From: a bacterium
Lineage (GTDB): Bacteria > Sysuimicrobiota > Sysuimicrobiia > Sysuimicrobiales > Kaftiobacteriaceae
NCBI GenBank assembly: GCA_044868695.1
Contig: JBIOWP010000015.1
Span: forward strand, 1-54,212
Direction of reading: 5' to 3'
Length of the DNA stretch: 54,212 bases
The position numbers and the translations under genes are program-made. Shown piece by piece: positions 36,422 through 46,064 of the stretch. The notes under the pieces were generated by a model, which was not told the origin of the DNA, made no database searches, and saw nothing but the letters and a program-made list of their open reading frames with translations. Each line of letters starts with the position of its first letter. The first letter of the stretch is position 1.

Positions 36422-38137
36422 ATGCGCAGAAGGAAGGCCCGGTTATGGGTGCTTAGAGACGCCGCCACGGTGGCGATCCTGGCCATCGTATACTTCACCG
36501 CGGCCAGATTCGGGCTGCACTTGGCGTTTGTGCATCCCAGCGCCACACCGGTATGGCCTCCGACGGGCATTGCGCTGGCCGCGGTACTGGTGTTTGGGTA
36601 TCGCGTCTGCCCCGGAATCCTGCTCGGCGCGTTCGCGGCGAACCTGCTGACCGTCGGGACGGCGGCAACCTCGCTTGGCATCGCGGCCGGCAACACCCTG
36701 GAAGCACTCGTAGGGAGTTACCTGGTCAATAGGTATGCCCACGGCCGGAAGGCGTTTGAGAAGGCCCAGGACGTATTCATGTTCGCTGTGCTGGCCGGTC
36801 TGGTCAGCACAGCGGTCAGTCCCACGATCGGGCTAACGAGCCTGGCGCTGGGCGGCTTCGCGGCGTGGGCGGACTACGGCTCGATCTGGCTCACCTGGTG
36901 GCTCGGCGACGCCGGAGGGGCGCTCGTCGTCGCCCCGCTGCTGGTCCTTTGGAGCGCACGGCCGCAATGGGAGTGGAGGGGGGCTCTGAGCGCGGAAGCC
37001 GTGGCCCTGCTCAGCAGCCTCTTCTTTGTCGGCCAGGCTGTCTTCGGGGGGCTGCTGCCCGCGGCCAGCAGGAACTATCCGCTGGAATTTCTCACCATTC
37101 CCTTTTTGGTTTGGCTGGCCTTCCGCTTTGGTTCCCGCGCGGCGGCAACGGCCACCTTCCTGCTATCCGGGGTCACGATTTACGGCACGCTTCGTGGATT
37201 CGGGCCCTTCGCCATGGCCTCGGCGAACGCGTCCCTGCTGCTGGTGCAGGCATTCATGAGTGTGTCCACGGTCATGACCCTGCTGCTGGCGGCCGTGGTG
37301 TCCGAACGGCAGCAGAGTGAAGCGACGCTGCGGCACATGGCGATCAGCGACTCAGTCACCGGGCTCGCCAATCACCGGAGGTTTATCGAGGTCATGGAGG
37401 AGGAAATCAAGCGGTCCCAGCGCACGGGCCGGCCCTTCGTGCTCATGCTGCTCGACCTGGACGGCCTCAAACAGATCAACGACCGCTACGGTCATCTCGT
37501 GGGTACGCGGGCGCTCGTGCGGCTGGCCGAGGCGCTGCGGGCCCGGTGCCGCAGCATCGACACGCCGGCGCGGTTTGGCGGAGACGAGTTTGCCGTCGTC
37601 CTCCTCGAGACCGGCGAGGCGGCGGCTCAGGAGGTCGCGAGCCGCATCATCGAACGGCTGGCGGCGAGCCGTGAGGAGCCTCCGATCTCGGTGAGTGTAG
37701 GTGTGGCGAAGTATCCCGAAGACGGCCGGACCGTTGAGGCACTGCTCTCCGTCGCAGACGCCGCCCTGTATGAGATGAAGCGTCACCGGGGACCTGTCGC
37801 GGAGCCGGCCGCGCCGCGGCCGCGGCGCGGGCTTCCCCGCGTGCGGGTGCGTCTGACCACCCGTGTGGAAAGCCGCTCCGATGGGACCGTCAGCCGGGGA
37901 CGCACAGAGACCGTCAGTGCAGGCGGTCTCATGGTGCTCTCGCCGGTGACGTTTGCGCGCAAGACGGATGTCGTCGTCCGCTTCAAGCTGCCCGACGGTC
38001 TCTCGATCGAGTCCCCGGGTGTGGTGGTGCGCACCAAGTCCCGCGTCTACATGGCCATCCGCTTTCAGAAGTTGCAGGATGCGTCCCGGAAGGCCCTCAA
38101 TGAGTTCGTCCACCGGGCCCTCGCGAAGCCGGCCTAG
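36422..38137 (+). CDS. MASE1-GGDEF-PilZ dinucleotide cyclase with Hypr-type (3',3'-cGAMP synthase) signature
   Basis: MASE1 (PVWPPTGIALA, WWLGDAGG); DLDGLKQINDRYGHLVGT; RSID I-site; RFGGDEF; PilZ RGLPR and TVSAGG. Confidence 0.9.
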   Translation: MRRRKARLWVLRDAATVAILAIVYFTAARFGLHLAFVHPSATPVWPPTGIALAAVLVFGYRVCPGILLGAFAANLLTVGTAATSLGIAAGNTLEALVGSYLVNRYAHGRKAFEKAQDVFMFAVLAGLVSTAVSPTIGLTSLALGGFAAWADYGSIWLTWWLGDAGGALVVAPLLVLWSARPQWEWRGALSAEAVALLSSLFFVGQAVFGGLLPAASRNYPLEFLTIPFLVWLAFRFGSRAAATATFLLSGVTIYGTLRGFGPFAMASANASLLLVQAFMSVSTVMTLLLAAVVSERQQSEATLRHMAISDSVTGLANHRRFIEVMEEEIKRSQRTGRPFVLMLLDLDGLKQINDRYGHLVGTRALVRLAEALRARCRSIDTPARFGGDEFAVVLLETGEAAAQEVASRIIERLAASREEPPISVSVGVAKYPEDGRTVEALLSVADAALYEMKRHRGPVAEPAAPRPRRGLPRVRVRLTTRVESRSDGTVSRGRTETVSAGGLMVLSPVTFARKTDVVVRFKLPDGLSIESPGVVVRTKSRVYMAIRFQKLQDASRKALNEFVHRALAKPA

Positions 38138-38178
38138 CATCGAGGGAAACCCCCGAGATGCGCTGAAGCAAGCCCACG

Positions 38179-39120
38179 ATGAGGGAGATGAGCTGGCGAT
38201 TGACATGGTGGGTCCTGCCTGCGATGGTCATGGTCCTCCTCGCGCTGCATGCCGTCCGGGGGCCGTCGGGGGTTGCACAGTCCGGTCCCGTGATCGCGGC
38301 GGCCGGCGACATTGCATGCGATCCGGCGGATGCCAAGTACAACGGCGGGGCGGGGACGGCAAACGCCTGCCGCATGAAGGCCACGTCCGATCTGCTGGTG
38401 GGGATGGACCTGGCCGGGGTCCTCGTTCTGGGCGACAGCCAGTACGAAGACGGCGCGCTATCTAAGTACAGGCAGTCGTACGACCCCACCTGGGGACGCC
38501 TTCGGGCGATCACGCGCCCGGCAGTCGGCAACCACGAGTACCTCCAGCGGAACGCGTCAGGCTACTTCGACTACTTTGGGGCCGCGGCGGGAGATCCCGG
38601 CAAGGGCTATTACAGCTACGATCTCGGCACGTGGCACCTGATTGCGCTCAACTCGAACTGTTCGCGCGCCGGCGGATGCGGGCCGGGTTCGCCGCAGGAG
38701 CGCTGGCTCCGGGCCGACCTGGCGGCGCATCCGGCGGCGTGCACGCTCGCCTACTGGCACCATCCCCGGTTCTCCTCTGGGCTGCACGGCAGCGATCGCG
38801 CCTATGATGCCGTCTGGCGTGCCCTGTACGAGGCCGGCACGGACGTCGTGCTGGTGGGCCACGATCACGACTATGAACGGTTCGCCCCGCAAGACCGAGA
38901 CGGCGTGGCCGATGCCGTCCGCGGTATCCGCCAGTTTGTCGTGGGCACCGGGGGGAAGAGTCTCTACTGGTTCAGATCTCCCCAACCCAATAGTGAAGTG
39001 CGGAGCTCGGATACGTTTGGGGTGCTCGTGATGACGCTGCGCTCGCTGGGATACGACTGGAAGTTCGTCCCGGAGCCCGGGCGGACATTTTCAGATTCCG
39101 GCCGCGGCTTCTGCCATTGA
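38179..39120 (+). CDS. Secreted calcineurin-like metallophosphoesterase (purple acid phosphatase-like)
   Basis: Signal peptide; AGD, GDSQY, GNHE, HHP and GHDH motifs. Confidence 0.9.
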   Translation: MREMSWRLTWWVLPAMVMVLLALHAVRGPSGVAQSGPVIAAAGDIACDPADAKYNGGAGTANACRMKATSDLLVGMDLAGVLVLGDSQYEDGALSKYRQSYDPTWGRLRAITRPAVGNHEYLQRNASGYFDYFGAAAGDPGKGYYSYDLGTWHLIALNSNCSRAGGCGPGSPQERWLRADLAAHPAACTLAYWHHPRFSSGLHGSDRAYDAVWRALYEAGTDVVLVGHDHDYERFAPQDRDGVADAVRGIRQFVVGTGGKSLYWFRSPQPNSEVRSSDTFGVLVMTLRSLGYDWKFVPEPGRTFSDSGRGFCH

Positions 39121-39199
39121 GCCGGTCCCCATCTGTTGCCGGTTTGTTACACCTGTCGCATAGGCTGGCCACACACACCATGCCGGTGGGGGTGAGCGT

Positions 39200-39643
39200 G
39201 TGAACCAATCCATGGGTGGGCGCGACGTGGCACTGTTGATCCTGCGCGTCGCTCTTGGGGCGACGTTCATCATGCACGGCTACCCGAAGTTGTTTCCCTC
39301 GGGCCCAGCGGGGTTTGGCGGGTTCGTCCAGAGCCTGGGGTTCCCCATCCCGATGGCCTTCGCGTGGATCGTCTCTCTCGTGGAATTTGCCGGGGGCATC
39401 GCGATGATTCTCGGCCTGTTCGTCCGCTACGCCGGGGCGCTGATGGTCATCGAGATGGCCGTCACGTCGATCAAGGTCAAGATGGGCGGCGGCGTGGGGT
39501 TCATCGGCGCGCGCGGTGCGGGCTGGGAGCTCGACTTTCTCCTCTTGGCGATCGCCCTGGCGGTCGTGCTGCTGGGGGCAGGGGCGCTCTCGCTTGACGC
39601 GGCCCTAGGCTCCCGCCGGAGCGGAGCGAGTCAGGGCGCCTAG
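39200..39643 (+). CDS. DoxX family membrane protein
   Basis: LRVALGATFIMHGYPK, EFAGG and GAGALSLD motifs. Confidence 0.9.
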   Translation: MNQSMGGRDVALLILRVALGATFIMHGYPKLFPSGPAGFGGFVQSLGFPIPMAFAWIVSLVEFAGGIAMILGLFVRYAGALMVIEMAVTSIKVKMGGGVGFIGARGAGWELDFLLLAIALAVVLLGAGALSLDAALGSRRSGASQGA

Positions 39644-39646
39644 CGC

Positions 39647-40207
39647 CTACCACCACTGCTCCGGCGGCGGCTCACCGTGCTCGCCGCGGTCCAGCGCAAA
39701 TTCCTCGCCCGGTTTCCACTCCCCGGAGGGCAACGGAATCAGGCCGAAGAACCGCCCCCGGTAGACCGCCAGCGGTGAGCCATCCCGGTACCACAACTCC
39801 TCGACCCGGCCGAGAAACAGCGTGTGATCCCCTCCGGGGTAGCTTGCCTCGACGCGGCAGACGAGGTGGGCCAGTGCATCTTGCAGGAGCGGGACCTCCC
39901 GTTTCCAGACAAACGGAGTCCGTAGCCCGTCGCGCGGGCGGCCGGCGAAATGCCAGGCGTAGGCTTCCTGGTCCACGCTGAGGATGCTCACGCCGAACCG
40001 GCGCGTGTCGCTAAGATAGCCGTGCGTTCTGGCCTGCCGGGAGACCGAGACCAGCACCAGGGGGGGATCCACAGAGACCGACGTGAAGGCGTTGGCCGTC
40101 ATGCCGTGGACGCCGTCGTGCGTCGACGTGGTGACCACCGTCACCCCCGTGGCGAATCGCCCCAGCGCGTTGCGAAACGACCTCGCATCAATCGCGGCCT
40201 CAGTCAT
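39647..40207 (-). CDS. Flavin reductase (HpaC-like)
   Basis: FRNALGRFATGVTVVT, MTANAFTSVSVDPPLV and GGDHTLFLG motifs. Confidence 0.93.
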   Translation of the reverse strand: MTEAAIDARSFRNALGRFATGVTVVTTSTHDGVHGMTANAFTSVSVDPPLVLVSVSRQARTHGYLSDTRRFGVSILSVDQEAYAWHFAGRPRDGLRTPFVWKREVPLLQDALAHLVCRVEASYPGGDHTLFLGRVEELWYRDGSPLAVYRGRFFGLIPLPSGEWKPGEEFALDRGEHGEPPPEQWW

Positions 40208-40347
40208 CGGTGATGTCTCCTCGAGTGTGCGCCTGTGCCCATTGTAGAAGACCGGGTGCGGTTGTCCATGCCGCCCGCCGGCAGGGGGTGAGCCCCCGCA
40301 GAGAGAGAATACAATGCAGGAATTCCCAACAGCGAGGGTCGGGGGCG

Positions 40348-41442
40348 ATGCGCATACATCACCGGGCTGACCACGTCGGGAGCTTCCTGCGTCCCAGTGA
40401 GCTGCTGGAGGCCCGAAACGCCGGGGCGACTCCCGAGCGTCTCCGGACGATCGAAGACCGTCACATCCTGCGTGTGCTCGCCAAACAGCAGGAGCTGGGG
40501 TTTGACGTGTTCACCGACGGCGAGCTCCGGCGGCGCAACTTCATGAGCGACTTCATCGACGCCGTCGAGGGGTTCGATCTCGGCGACGCCGTGGCGCGGT
40601 CGTGGAAGAGCGGCGGCGCAGGAGTGGCGGTGAGCAGCGTCACCGGCGTGGTGACCGCCAAACTCCGGCAGGTGCGGCGCCTGACCGGGCATGAGCTTCC
40701 GTTCCTGCGGTCCCATAGCCCGGGCGCGATCAAGATGACGCTGCCCACCTCCAACCAGTTCCCGGCGATCGCCTTCAAACGGGGCATCACTGACAAGGCC
40801 TACGCGAACCACTCCGCGCTGCTGTGGGACATCGTCCCGATCATGAAGGGCGAGATTGCAGCCTTGGTGTCGGAAGGTATCGCCTACCTGCAGATCGACG
40901 CCCCCCGCTACAGCTACTACATCGACCCGAAGTGGCGCGCGTACATTAAGGCGGAGATGGGCGTGGAACCCGATGCGGCGCTGGATGAGGCGATCCGGGC
41001 GGACAATACGTGCCTGGAGGGGGCGCACCGCCCCGAGGTGACACTGGCCATGCATCTCTGCCGCGGCAACAACCGCAGCCAGTGGTATGCGGAGGGCGGC
41101 TACGACCCGATCGCGGAGAAACTCTTCAGCACGTTGCGGGTCGACCGGTTCCTGCTCGAATACGACGACGAGCGCTCGGGCACGTTTGAACCCCTGCGGT
41201 TCGTCCCCAAGGGCAAGACCGTTGTTCTCGGACTGGTGAGCAGCAAGCGGCCTCAGCTGGAGTCCAAGCGAGACCTGATCCGCCGGATCGAACAGGCGGC
41301 CCGCTACGTGCCCCTGGAGCATCTGGCGCTCAGCCCGCAGTGCGGGTTCGCCTCCACGATGGAGGGGAACCTGCTGACTGAAGATGACCAATGGGCAAAG
41401 CTCGCCCTGGTGGCGGAGACGGCACGGGAAGTCTGGCGATAA
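40348..41442 (+). CDS. Cobalamin-independent methionine synthase II (MetE C-terminal-like, Zn) family protein
   Basis: ADHVGSFLRP, TDGELRR, HLCRGN, LEYD and SPQCGFAS motifs; single barrel. Confidence 0.9.
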   Translation: MRIHHRADHVGSFLRPSELLEARNAGATPERLRTIEDRHILRVLAKQQELGFDVFTDGELRRRNFMSDFIDAVEGFDLGDAVARSWKSGGAGVAVSSVTGVVTAKLRQVRRLTGHELPFLRSHSPGAIKMTLPTSNQFPAIAFKRGITDKAYANHSALLWDIVPIMKGEIAALVSEGIAYLQIDAPRYSYYIDPKWRAYIKAEMGVEPDAALDEAIRADNTCLEGAHRPEVTLAMHLCRGNNRSQWYAEGGYDPIAEKLFSTLRVDRFLLEYDDERSGTFEPLRFVPKGKTVVLGLVSSKRPQLESKRDLIRRIEQAARYVPLEHLALSPQCGFASTMEGNLLTEDDQWAKLALVAETAREVWR

Positions 41443-41451
41443 GGGGGAGAC

Positions 41452-42675
41452 ATGGTGCACAGGGGGATGGGTATACGACGATCGTCCGTAGTCATCGTGG
41501 TTGCGGCGCTGATGTTCGGCGTCCTGCCGCAGGGGAGCATGGGAGGGCCGGCGGAGACCGTGCGGCTGGGGGCGGTCATTCCGCTGACCGGCCGGTTCGC
41601 CGGGGGCGGCGCGCAGGTGAAAGCCGGCTATGAGATCGCCGTCGAGGATCTCAACGCGCGGGGCGGCGTGCGTGTCGGTGATCGCCGTCTTCCTCTCGAG
41701 TTGACCATCCTGGACGACGAATCCGACCCGACCAAGACCGTCAGCCGCCTCGAAACGCTGGCCTCCCAGGGCGTGGTTGTGTTCCTGGGAGGGTTCGGCA
41801 GTGACCTGCATGCCGCGGCGGCCGCCGTCGCGGAGAAGAACCGCATCCCGTATTGCGGCGTGGCGTTCGCCTTGCACGCCATTCATCAGCAGGGCTTCAA
41901 GTTTCTCTTCTCCCCCTTCATCAAATCGCCGGACATCGCCATCGGGATCTACCGGTTCCTCAACGCGAGCGTGCCCGCGGAGCAGCGTCCCCGCAGGGTG
42001 GCCATCTTCTCGGAACGGACCGACTGGGGACGCGAGCTGGCGCGGCTGTGGACCACCCGCTCCACGGAGTACGGCTACCAGATTGTGGTCTCGGATGAGT
42101 ACACGGTGGGAACGAGAGACTTCTCGGACATCATCCTGCGGGCCAAAGCGGCGGGAGCCGAGGCGGTCTTCTCGGTGCCCACTCCGCCCGACGGGCTGGC
42201 GATGGTCCGGCAGATGAAGGAACTGGACTTCACCCCCAAGGCGATCCTCATGATCCGGGCTCCCGATGCGGTCTCCTGGACGCAGGCACTGGGCAAGGAT
42301 GGGGACTTCGTGCTCCTGGCCCCGGGCTGGCATCACGCCTTCACGTTCCCCGGTGTTGCGGAGCTCAACGCGAAGCACCAGCAGCGGTTCGGCCGCCCGG
42401 CCGATGTCATCACCGGTCCCTCGTACGCGTGCGTCCAGGTCGTCGCGGACGCCGTCGCGCGGGCCGGTCGGCTCGACTCCCTCGCCATTCGGGATGCGAT
42501 GGCCGCGACCAATCTGTCGACGGTCGCCGGCCCCGTGCGCTTCCGCGCGGATGGGACGGGCATCGTCCCATTTGTGGTGGTGCAGTGGCAGGGCGGGAGC
42601 CAGCAGCTGGTCTGGCCGAAGGAGCTGGGCGCGGTGCCGTTCCTGTACCCGGCGCGCCCATGGAGAGAACGCTGA
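41452..42675 (+). CDS. Branched-chain amino acid-type ABC substrate-binding protein
   Basis: Signal peptide; GAVIPLTG, NARGG and DDESDP motifs. Confidence 0.9.
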   Translation: MVHRGMGIRRSSVVIVVAALMFGVLPQGSMGGPAETVRLGAVIPLTGRFAGGGAQVKAGYEIAVEDLNARGGVRVGDRRLPLELTILDDESDPTKTVSRLETLASQGVVVFLGGFGSDLHAAAAAVAEKNRIPYCGVAFALHAIHQQGFKFLFSPFIKSPDIAIGIYRFLNASVPAEQRPRRVAIFSERTDWGRELARLWTTRSTEYGYQIVVSDEYTVGTRDFSDIILRAKAAGAEAVFSVPTPPDGLAMVRQMKELDFTPKAILMIRAPDAVSWTQALGKDGDFVLLAPGWHHAFTFPGVAELNAKHQQRFGRPADVITGPSYACVQVVADAVARAGRLDSLAIRDAMAATNLSTVAGPVRFRADGTGIVPFVVVQWQGGSQQLVWPKELGAVPFLYPARPWRER

Positions 42676-43424
42676 GCGGTGGCGGTCAGCCGCTGCTGGA
42701 GGTCGAGGGTCTCACCAAGGCGTTTGGCGGCCTGATTGCCGTCAACAACGTCTCGTTCGGAGTTGCAGAGGGGGAGATCCTCGGGCTGCTGGGTCCCAAC
42801 GGCTCCGGCAAGACGACGATCCTCAACCTGATCGCCGGCGCCCTGCGGGCCGACACCGGCAGAGTGCGCCTGGCCGGGCGTGACATCACCCTGCTCGCGC
42901 CCAGCGCCCGGACGCGCCTCGGCGTCGCCAGAACGTTTCAGCTCGTCCGGCCGCTCAGCTCGCTGTCGGTTCTTGACAACATCCTGGTCGCGCGGCTCTA
43001 TGGGCGGGACCGCGCCGCGTTCGAGCGCGCGCGCGACGAGAGCCTGCGGTTCCTCGGCATGGTCGGTCTCGGCGGCAAGGCCGGCGTCTCCGCCGCGCGG
43101 CTCACACTGACGGAGCGGAAGGGCCTGGAGATTGCCCGCGCGCTCGCCACCCACCCGACCGTGCTGCTGCTGGACGAACCGCTCGGGGGCCTCAATGCCG
43201 CGGAGGTCGACGACGTGTTGGCGATGTTCCGCACGATCCGGGCCGGGGGCGTGACCGTGGTCATCGTCGAACACAACGTCCGGGCCGTCCGCGCGCTCTG
43301 CGACCGGGTGATCGTGCTCAACTCGGGGCGCCACGTCGCAGAGGGCGCCCCGGAAGAGGCGCTGGCGAGACGCGAGGTCATCGAGGTGTATCTCGGTACG
43401 GCACGTCCGGCGAAGCCCACGTGA
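42660..43424 (+). CDS. ABC ATP-binding protein (LivG-like)
   Basis: GPNGSGKTT, ARTFQ, LLLDEP, VEH and VIEVYLG motifs. Confidence 0.92.
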   Translation: MERTLSGGGQPLLEVEGLTKAFGGLIAVNNVSFGVAEGEILGLLGPNGSGKTTILNLIAGALRADTGRVRLAGRDITLLAPSARTRLGVARTFQLVRPLSSLSVLDNILVARLYGRDRAAFERARDESLRFLGMVGLGGKAGVSAARLTLTERKGLEIARALATHPTVLLLDEPLGGLNAAEVDDVLAMFRTIRAGGVTVVIVEHNVRAVRALCDRVIVLNSGRHVAEGAPEEALARREVIEVYLGTARPAKPT

Positions 43425-44296
43425 CCACCATTCTCCTGCAGAACGCGGTCTTCGGACTGCTGATCGGTGGGCTGTATGGGCTCGGCGCGGTCGGATTGTC
43501 GTTGGTCTTCGGCGTCCTGGCAATGCTCAACGTGGCGCACGGCGAGCTGCTGATGCTGGGTGGGTATCTGAGCGTCTGGCTCTTTACGTCATGGGGGGTC
43601 GATCCGTTCCTCTCGGTGCTAGTCGCCGGCCCGGCGCTGTTTGCCGCCGGCGCAGTCCTGTTCTGGCTCCTGTTCAGGCGGCTCGTCCGGTTCGGAGAGG
43701 AGCACCGGATCAAGAACTCCATCCTCCTGGGGTTCGGCCTCGCGTTGATCCTGCAGACGCTGGCGATCCTCGCCTGGACGGCGGATGAGCGGGCGGTCAC
43801 CCCCAGCTATGCCGGGCAGGTGGCGGCCTTTGGGAGTGTTGTGGTGCCGCTCTCACGGCTGGGCGCGCTGGCGCTCGCGTTTCTGGTCCTGGGGGGCCTG
43901 CATCTCTTCCTGGCCCGCACGAAGGCGGGAACGGCGCTGCGGGCAACCGCCGATGACGGTCAGGCCGCGGCCCTGGTGGGCATTCCCATCGGCACGGTGT
44001 ACCTCACCGCGTTCGCGCTCGGCAGCGCCCTGGCCGGCGTCGCCGGGGCGCTCGTCAGCGTCTCCGACGCGATCAGCCCTGCGATCGGCCTCAGCTGGAC
44101 GCTCCGGGCCCTGATCGTGATCGTCCTGGGCGGCATGGGAAACATCTTCGGCACGTTCGTCGCCGGGGTGTTTCTCGGCGTCGCGGAGTCAATGAGCGGC
44201 TTCCTGCTTGGGAATGTGTACCGGGAGGTCGTCGGGCTGGCGATGTTCCTGTTTGTGCTGAGCGTTCGGCCGCAGGGGCTGTTTACACGATCATGA
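43421..44296 (+). CDS. Branched-chain amino acid ABC permease (LivH-like)
   Basis: GLSLVFGV, NVAHGE, GTALRA and VRPQGLF motifs. Confidence 0.92.
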   Translation: MTTILLQNAVFGLLIGGLYGLGAVGLSLVFGVLAMLNVAHGELLMLGGYLSVWLFTSWGVDPFLSVLVAGPALFAAGAVLFWLLFRRLVRFGEEHRIKNSILLGFGLALILQTLAILAWTADERAVTPSYAGQVAAFGSVVVPLSRLGALALAFLVLGGLHLFLARTKAGTALRATADDGQAAALVGIPIGTVYLTAFALGSALAGVAGALVSVSDAISPAIGLSWTLRALIVIVLGGMGNIFGTFVAGVFLGVAESMSGFLLGNVYREVVGLAMFLFVLSVRPQGLFTRS

Positions 44297-45234
44297 ACGC
44301 GCGGGGGGCGTTCCGGGCCATGGTCGTCGCCGCCGGCGTGGGGGCGCTGGCTGCGCTGCCCTACCTCACGTCGAGCCGGAGCATTCTCACCTGGGGGTTC
44401 CTGATTCTGCTGTACGCGGCGCTGGCCCAGAGCTGGAACCTGCTGGGTGGATTCAGCGGGCAGGTAAGCCTGGGCCACGCGGCATTCTTCGGGCTGGGCG
44501 CGCTGGTCACGCGGCTGCTGTGGCTGGATGGCCGGCCGCTGGTCGTGGCCCTCCCGGCCGGGATGGCCGCGGCCGCAGCCGCCGGGCTGCTCGTCGGGGC
44601 GCCCTCGCTGCGGCTGCACGGCCCATACTTCGCGATCGGGACGCTGGCCGCCTCCGAGATCCTCCGGATTACCACCGGGAACCTCTTTCCGGAAGTGTCC
44701 ACGCTCCCGGCTGCCGCGCTTGCGGGTTACGCCCTGGCTCCCCGCTACTACCTCGCGCTGGGAGCGGCCGCGCTCACGACGTGCGCTGCCTGGGGGGTGA
44801 TGCGGTCTCGTTTCGGCTATGGTCTGGCGGCGGTGCGGGAAGATGAGGCGGTGGCCGAAGCCGTGGGCGTCCATGCCTTCCGCCACAAACTGTCCGCGTT
44901 TGTGCTGAGCAGCGCGCTTGCCGGTGTCACCGGGGGTGTGTTCGGATACTATCACGTCAGTTTCTATCCCCAATTTGCGTTCAGTCCGCTGTGGACGTTT
45001 GATGCGCTCCTGATCACGTTTCTGGGAGGGATGGGCACCCTGTGGGGGCCGCTGGTCGGCGCAGCCTTCTTCTTGCTGCTCCGTGAGGGACTGGCGCTGC
45101 GTCTGGCGGAGGTGCACCTCCTGATCTTCGGCGTGCTGTTTGTGCTGGTCGTGCTGGTGTTCCCCGGCGGATTCATCGAGGCGTGGCGCACCCTCGCGTC
45201 GCGCCGGGCCGGGCTCCCCGACGGCGGCGGCTGA
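44293..45234 (+). CDS. Branched-chain amino acid ABC permease (LivM-like)
   Basis: GQVSLGHAAFFG, YFAIGTLA and AVREDE motifs. Confidence 0.92.
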   Translation: MNARGAFRAMVVAAGVGALAALPYLTSSRSILTWGFLILLYAALAQSWNLLGGFSGQVSLGHAAFFGLGALVTRLLWLDGRPLVVALPAGMAAAAAAGLLVGAPSLRLHGPYFAIGTLAASEILRITTGNLFPEVSTLPAAALAGYALAPRYYLALGAAALTTCAAWGVMRSRFGYGLAAVREDEAVAEAVGVHAFRHKLSAFVLSSALAGVTGGVFGYYHVSFYPQFAFSPLWTFDALLITFLGGMGTLWGPLVGAAFFLLLREGLALRLAEVHLLIFGVLFVLVVLVFPGGFIEAWRTLASRRAGLPDGGG

Positions 45235-45248
45235 GCGGAGAGGCCATC

Positions 45249-46064
45249 ATGGGCGAGCGGGCGGAGCCGAAAATCACCATCAGCGGCCTGACGAAAGTCT
45301 TCCCGGCCAGATATGGGTCGGTGACCGCGCTGTCCGCTCTGGACCTTGTCATCCGCGACCACGAGTTCTTTGTGCTGCTCGGTCCGTCGGGATGCGGCAA
45401 GACGACGCTGGTCCGGATCATGGCCGGGCTGGAACGCCAGTCGTCGGGCGAGATCACCATCGCGCGGACCAGTGAGCAGAGACGGCCGACCGCGATGGTG
45501 TTTCAAGAAGATTCCGTGTTTCCGTGGATGACGGTCGAGGAGAACATCGGCTACGGCCTGCGGCTCCGAGGTGCGCCCCGGGCGGTCGTGGCGCGCACGG
45601 TGGACCGGTACCTGGAGCAGGTCGGGCTGACGCGGTTCGCGCGGGCGTATCCGTATCAGCTCTCGGGCGGGATGAAGAAGCGGGTGAGCGTGGCCCGGGC
45701 GTTTGCGGCGGACCCGGAAGTGCTCCTGATGGACGAACCGTTTGGCGAACTGGACGAGCAGACGCGCGTGCTGGTGCAGGCGGAGCTCATCAAGATCTGG
45801 CAGGAGACCAGGAAGACCGTCGTCTTCATTACGCACAGCATCGACGAGGCCGTCGTGCTGGCGGACCGCGTGCTGCTCATGACCGCCTCTCCGGGGCAGA
45901 TCAAGGCCATCGTCGACGTGCCATTCGCGCGCCCCCGCGAGGCGTACGAGATCCGGGCCGATCCGGCGTATGGCCGTCTCACCGGACACCTCTGGGGGCT
46001 GCTGCGGGATGAGGTCCTGAAGGCGAAAGCCGAGGAGGCCGGTGCGCGTGTCTCGGGTCACTGA
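45249..46064 (+). CDS. NitT/TauT-family ABC ATP-binding protein
   Basis: GPSGCGKTT, LSGGM, LLMDEPF and ITHSIDEA motifs. Confidence 0.93.
   Translation: MGERAEPKITISGLTKVFPARYGSVTALSALDLVIRDHEFFVLLGPSGCGKTTLVRIMAGLERQSSGEITIARTSEQRRPTAMVFQEDSVFPWMTVEENIGYGLRLRGAPRAVVARTVDRYLEQVGLTRFARAYPYQLSGGMKKRVSVARAFAADPEVLLMDEPFGELDEQTRVLVQAELIKIWQETRKTVVFITHSIDEAVVLADRVLLMTASPGQIKAIVDVPFARPREAYEIRADPAYGRLTGHLWGLLRDEVLKAKAEEAGARVSGH

Noticed and set aside
40204..42378. Long antisense or alternate-frame ORFs (e.g. 40204..42378, 11646..13289, 44964..46472, 20144..21508)
   Set aside because: High-GC shadow ORFs overlapping well-supported genes, with Arg/Pro/Gly-rich, motif-free translations
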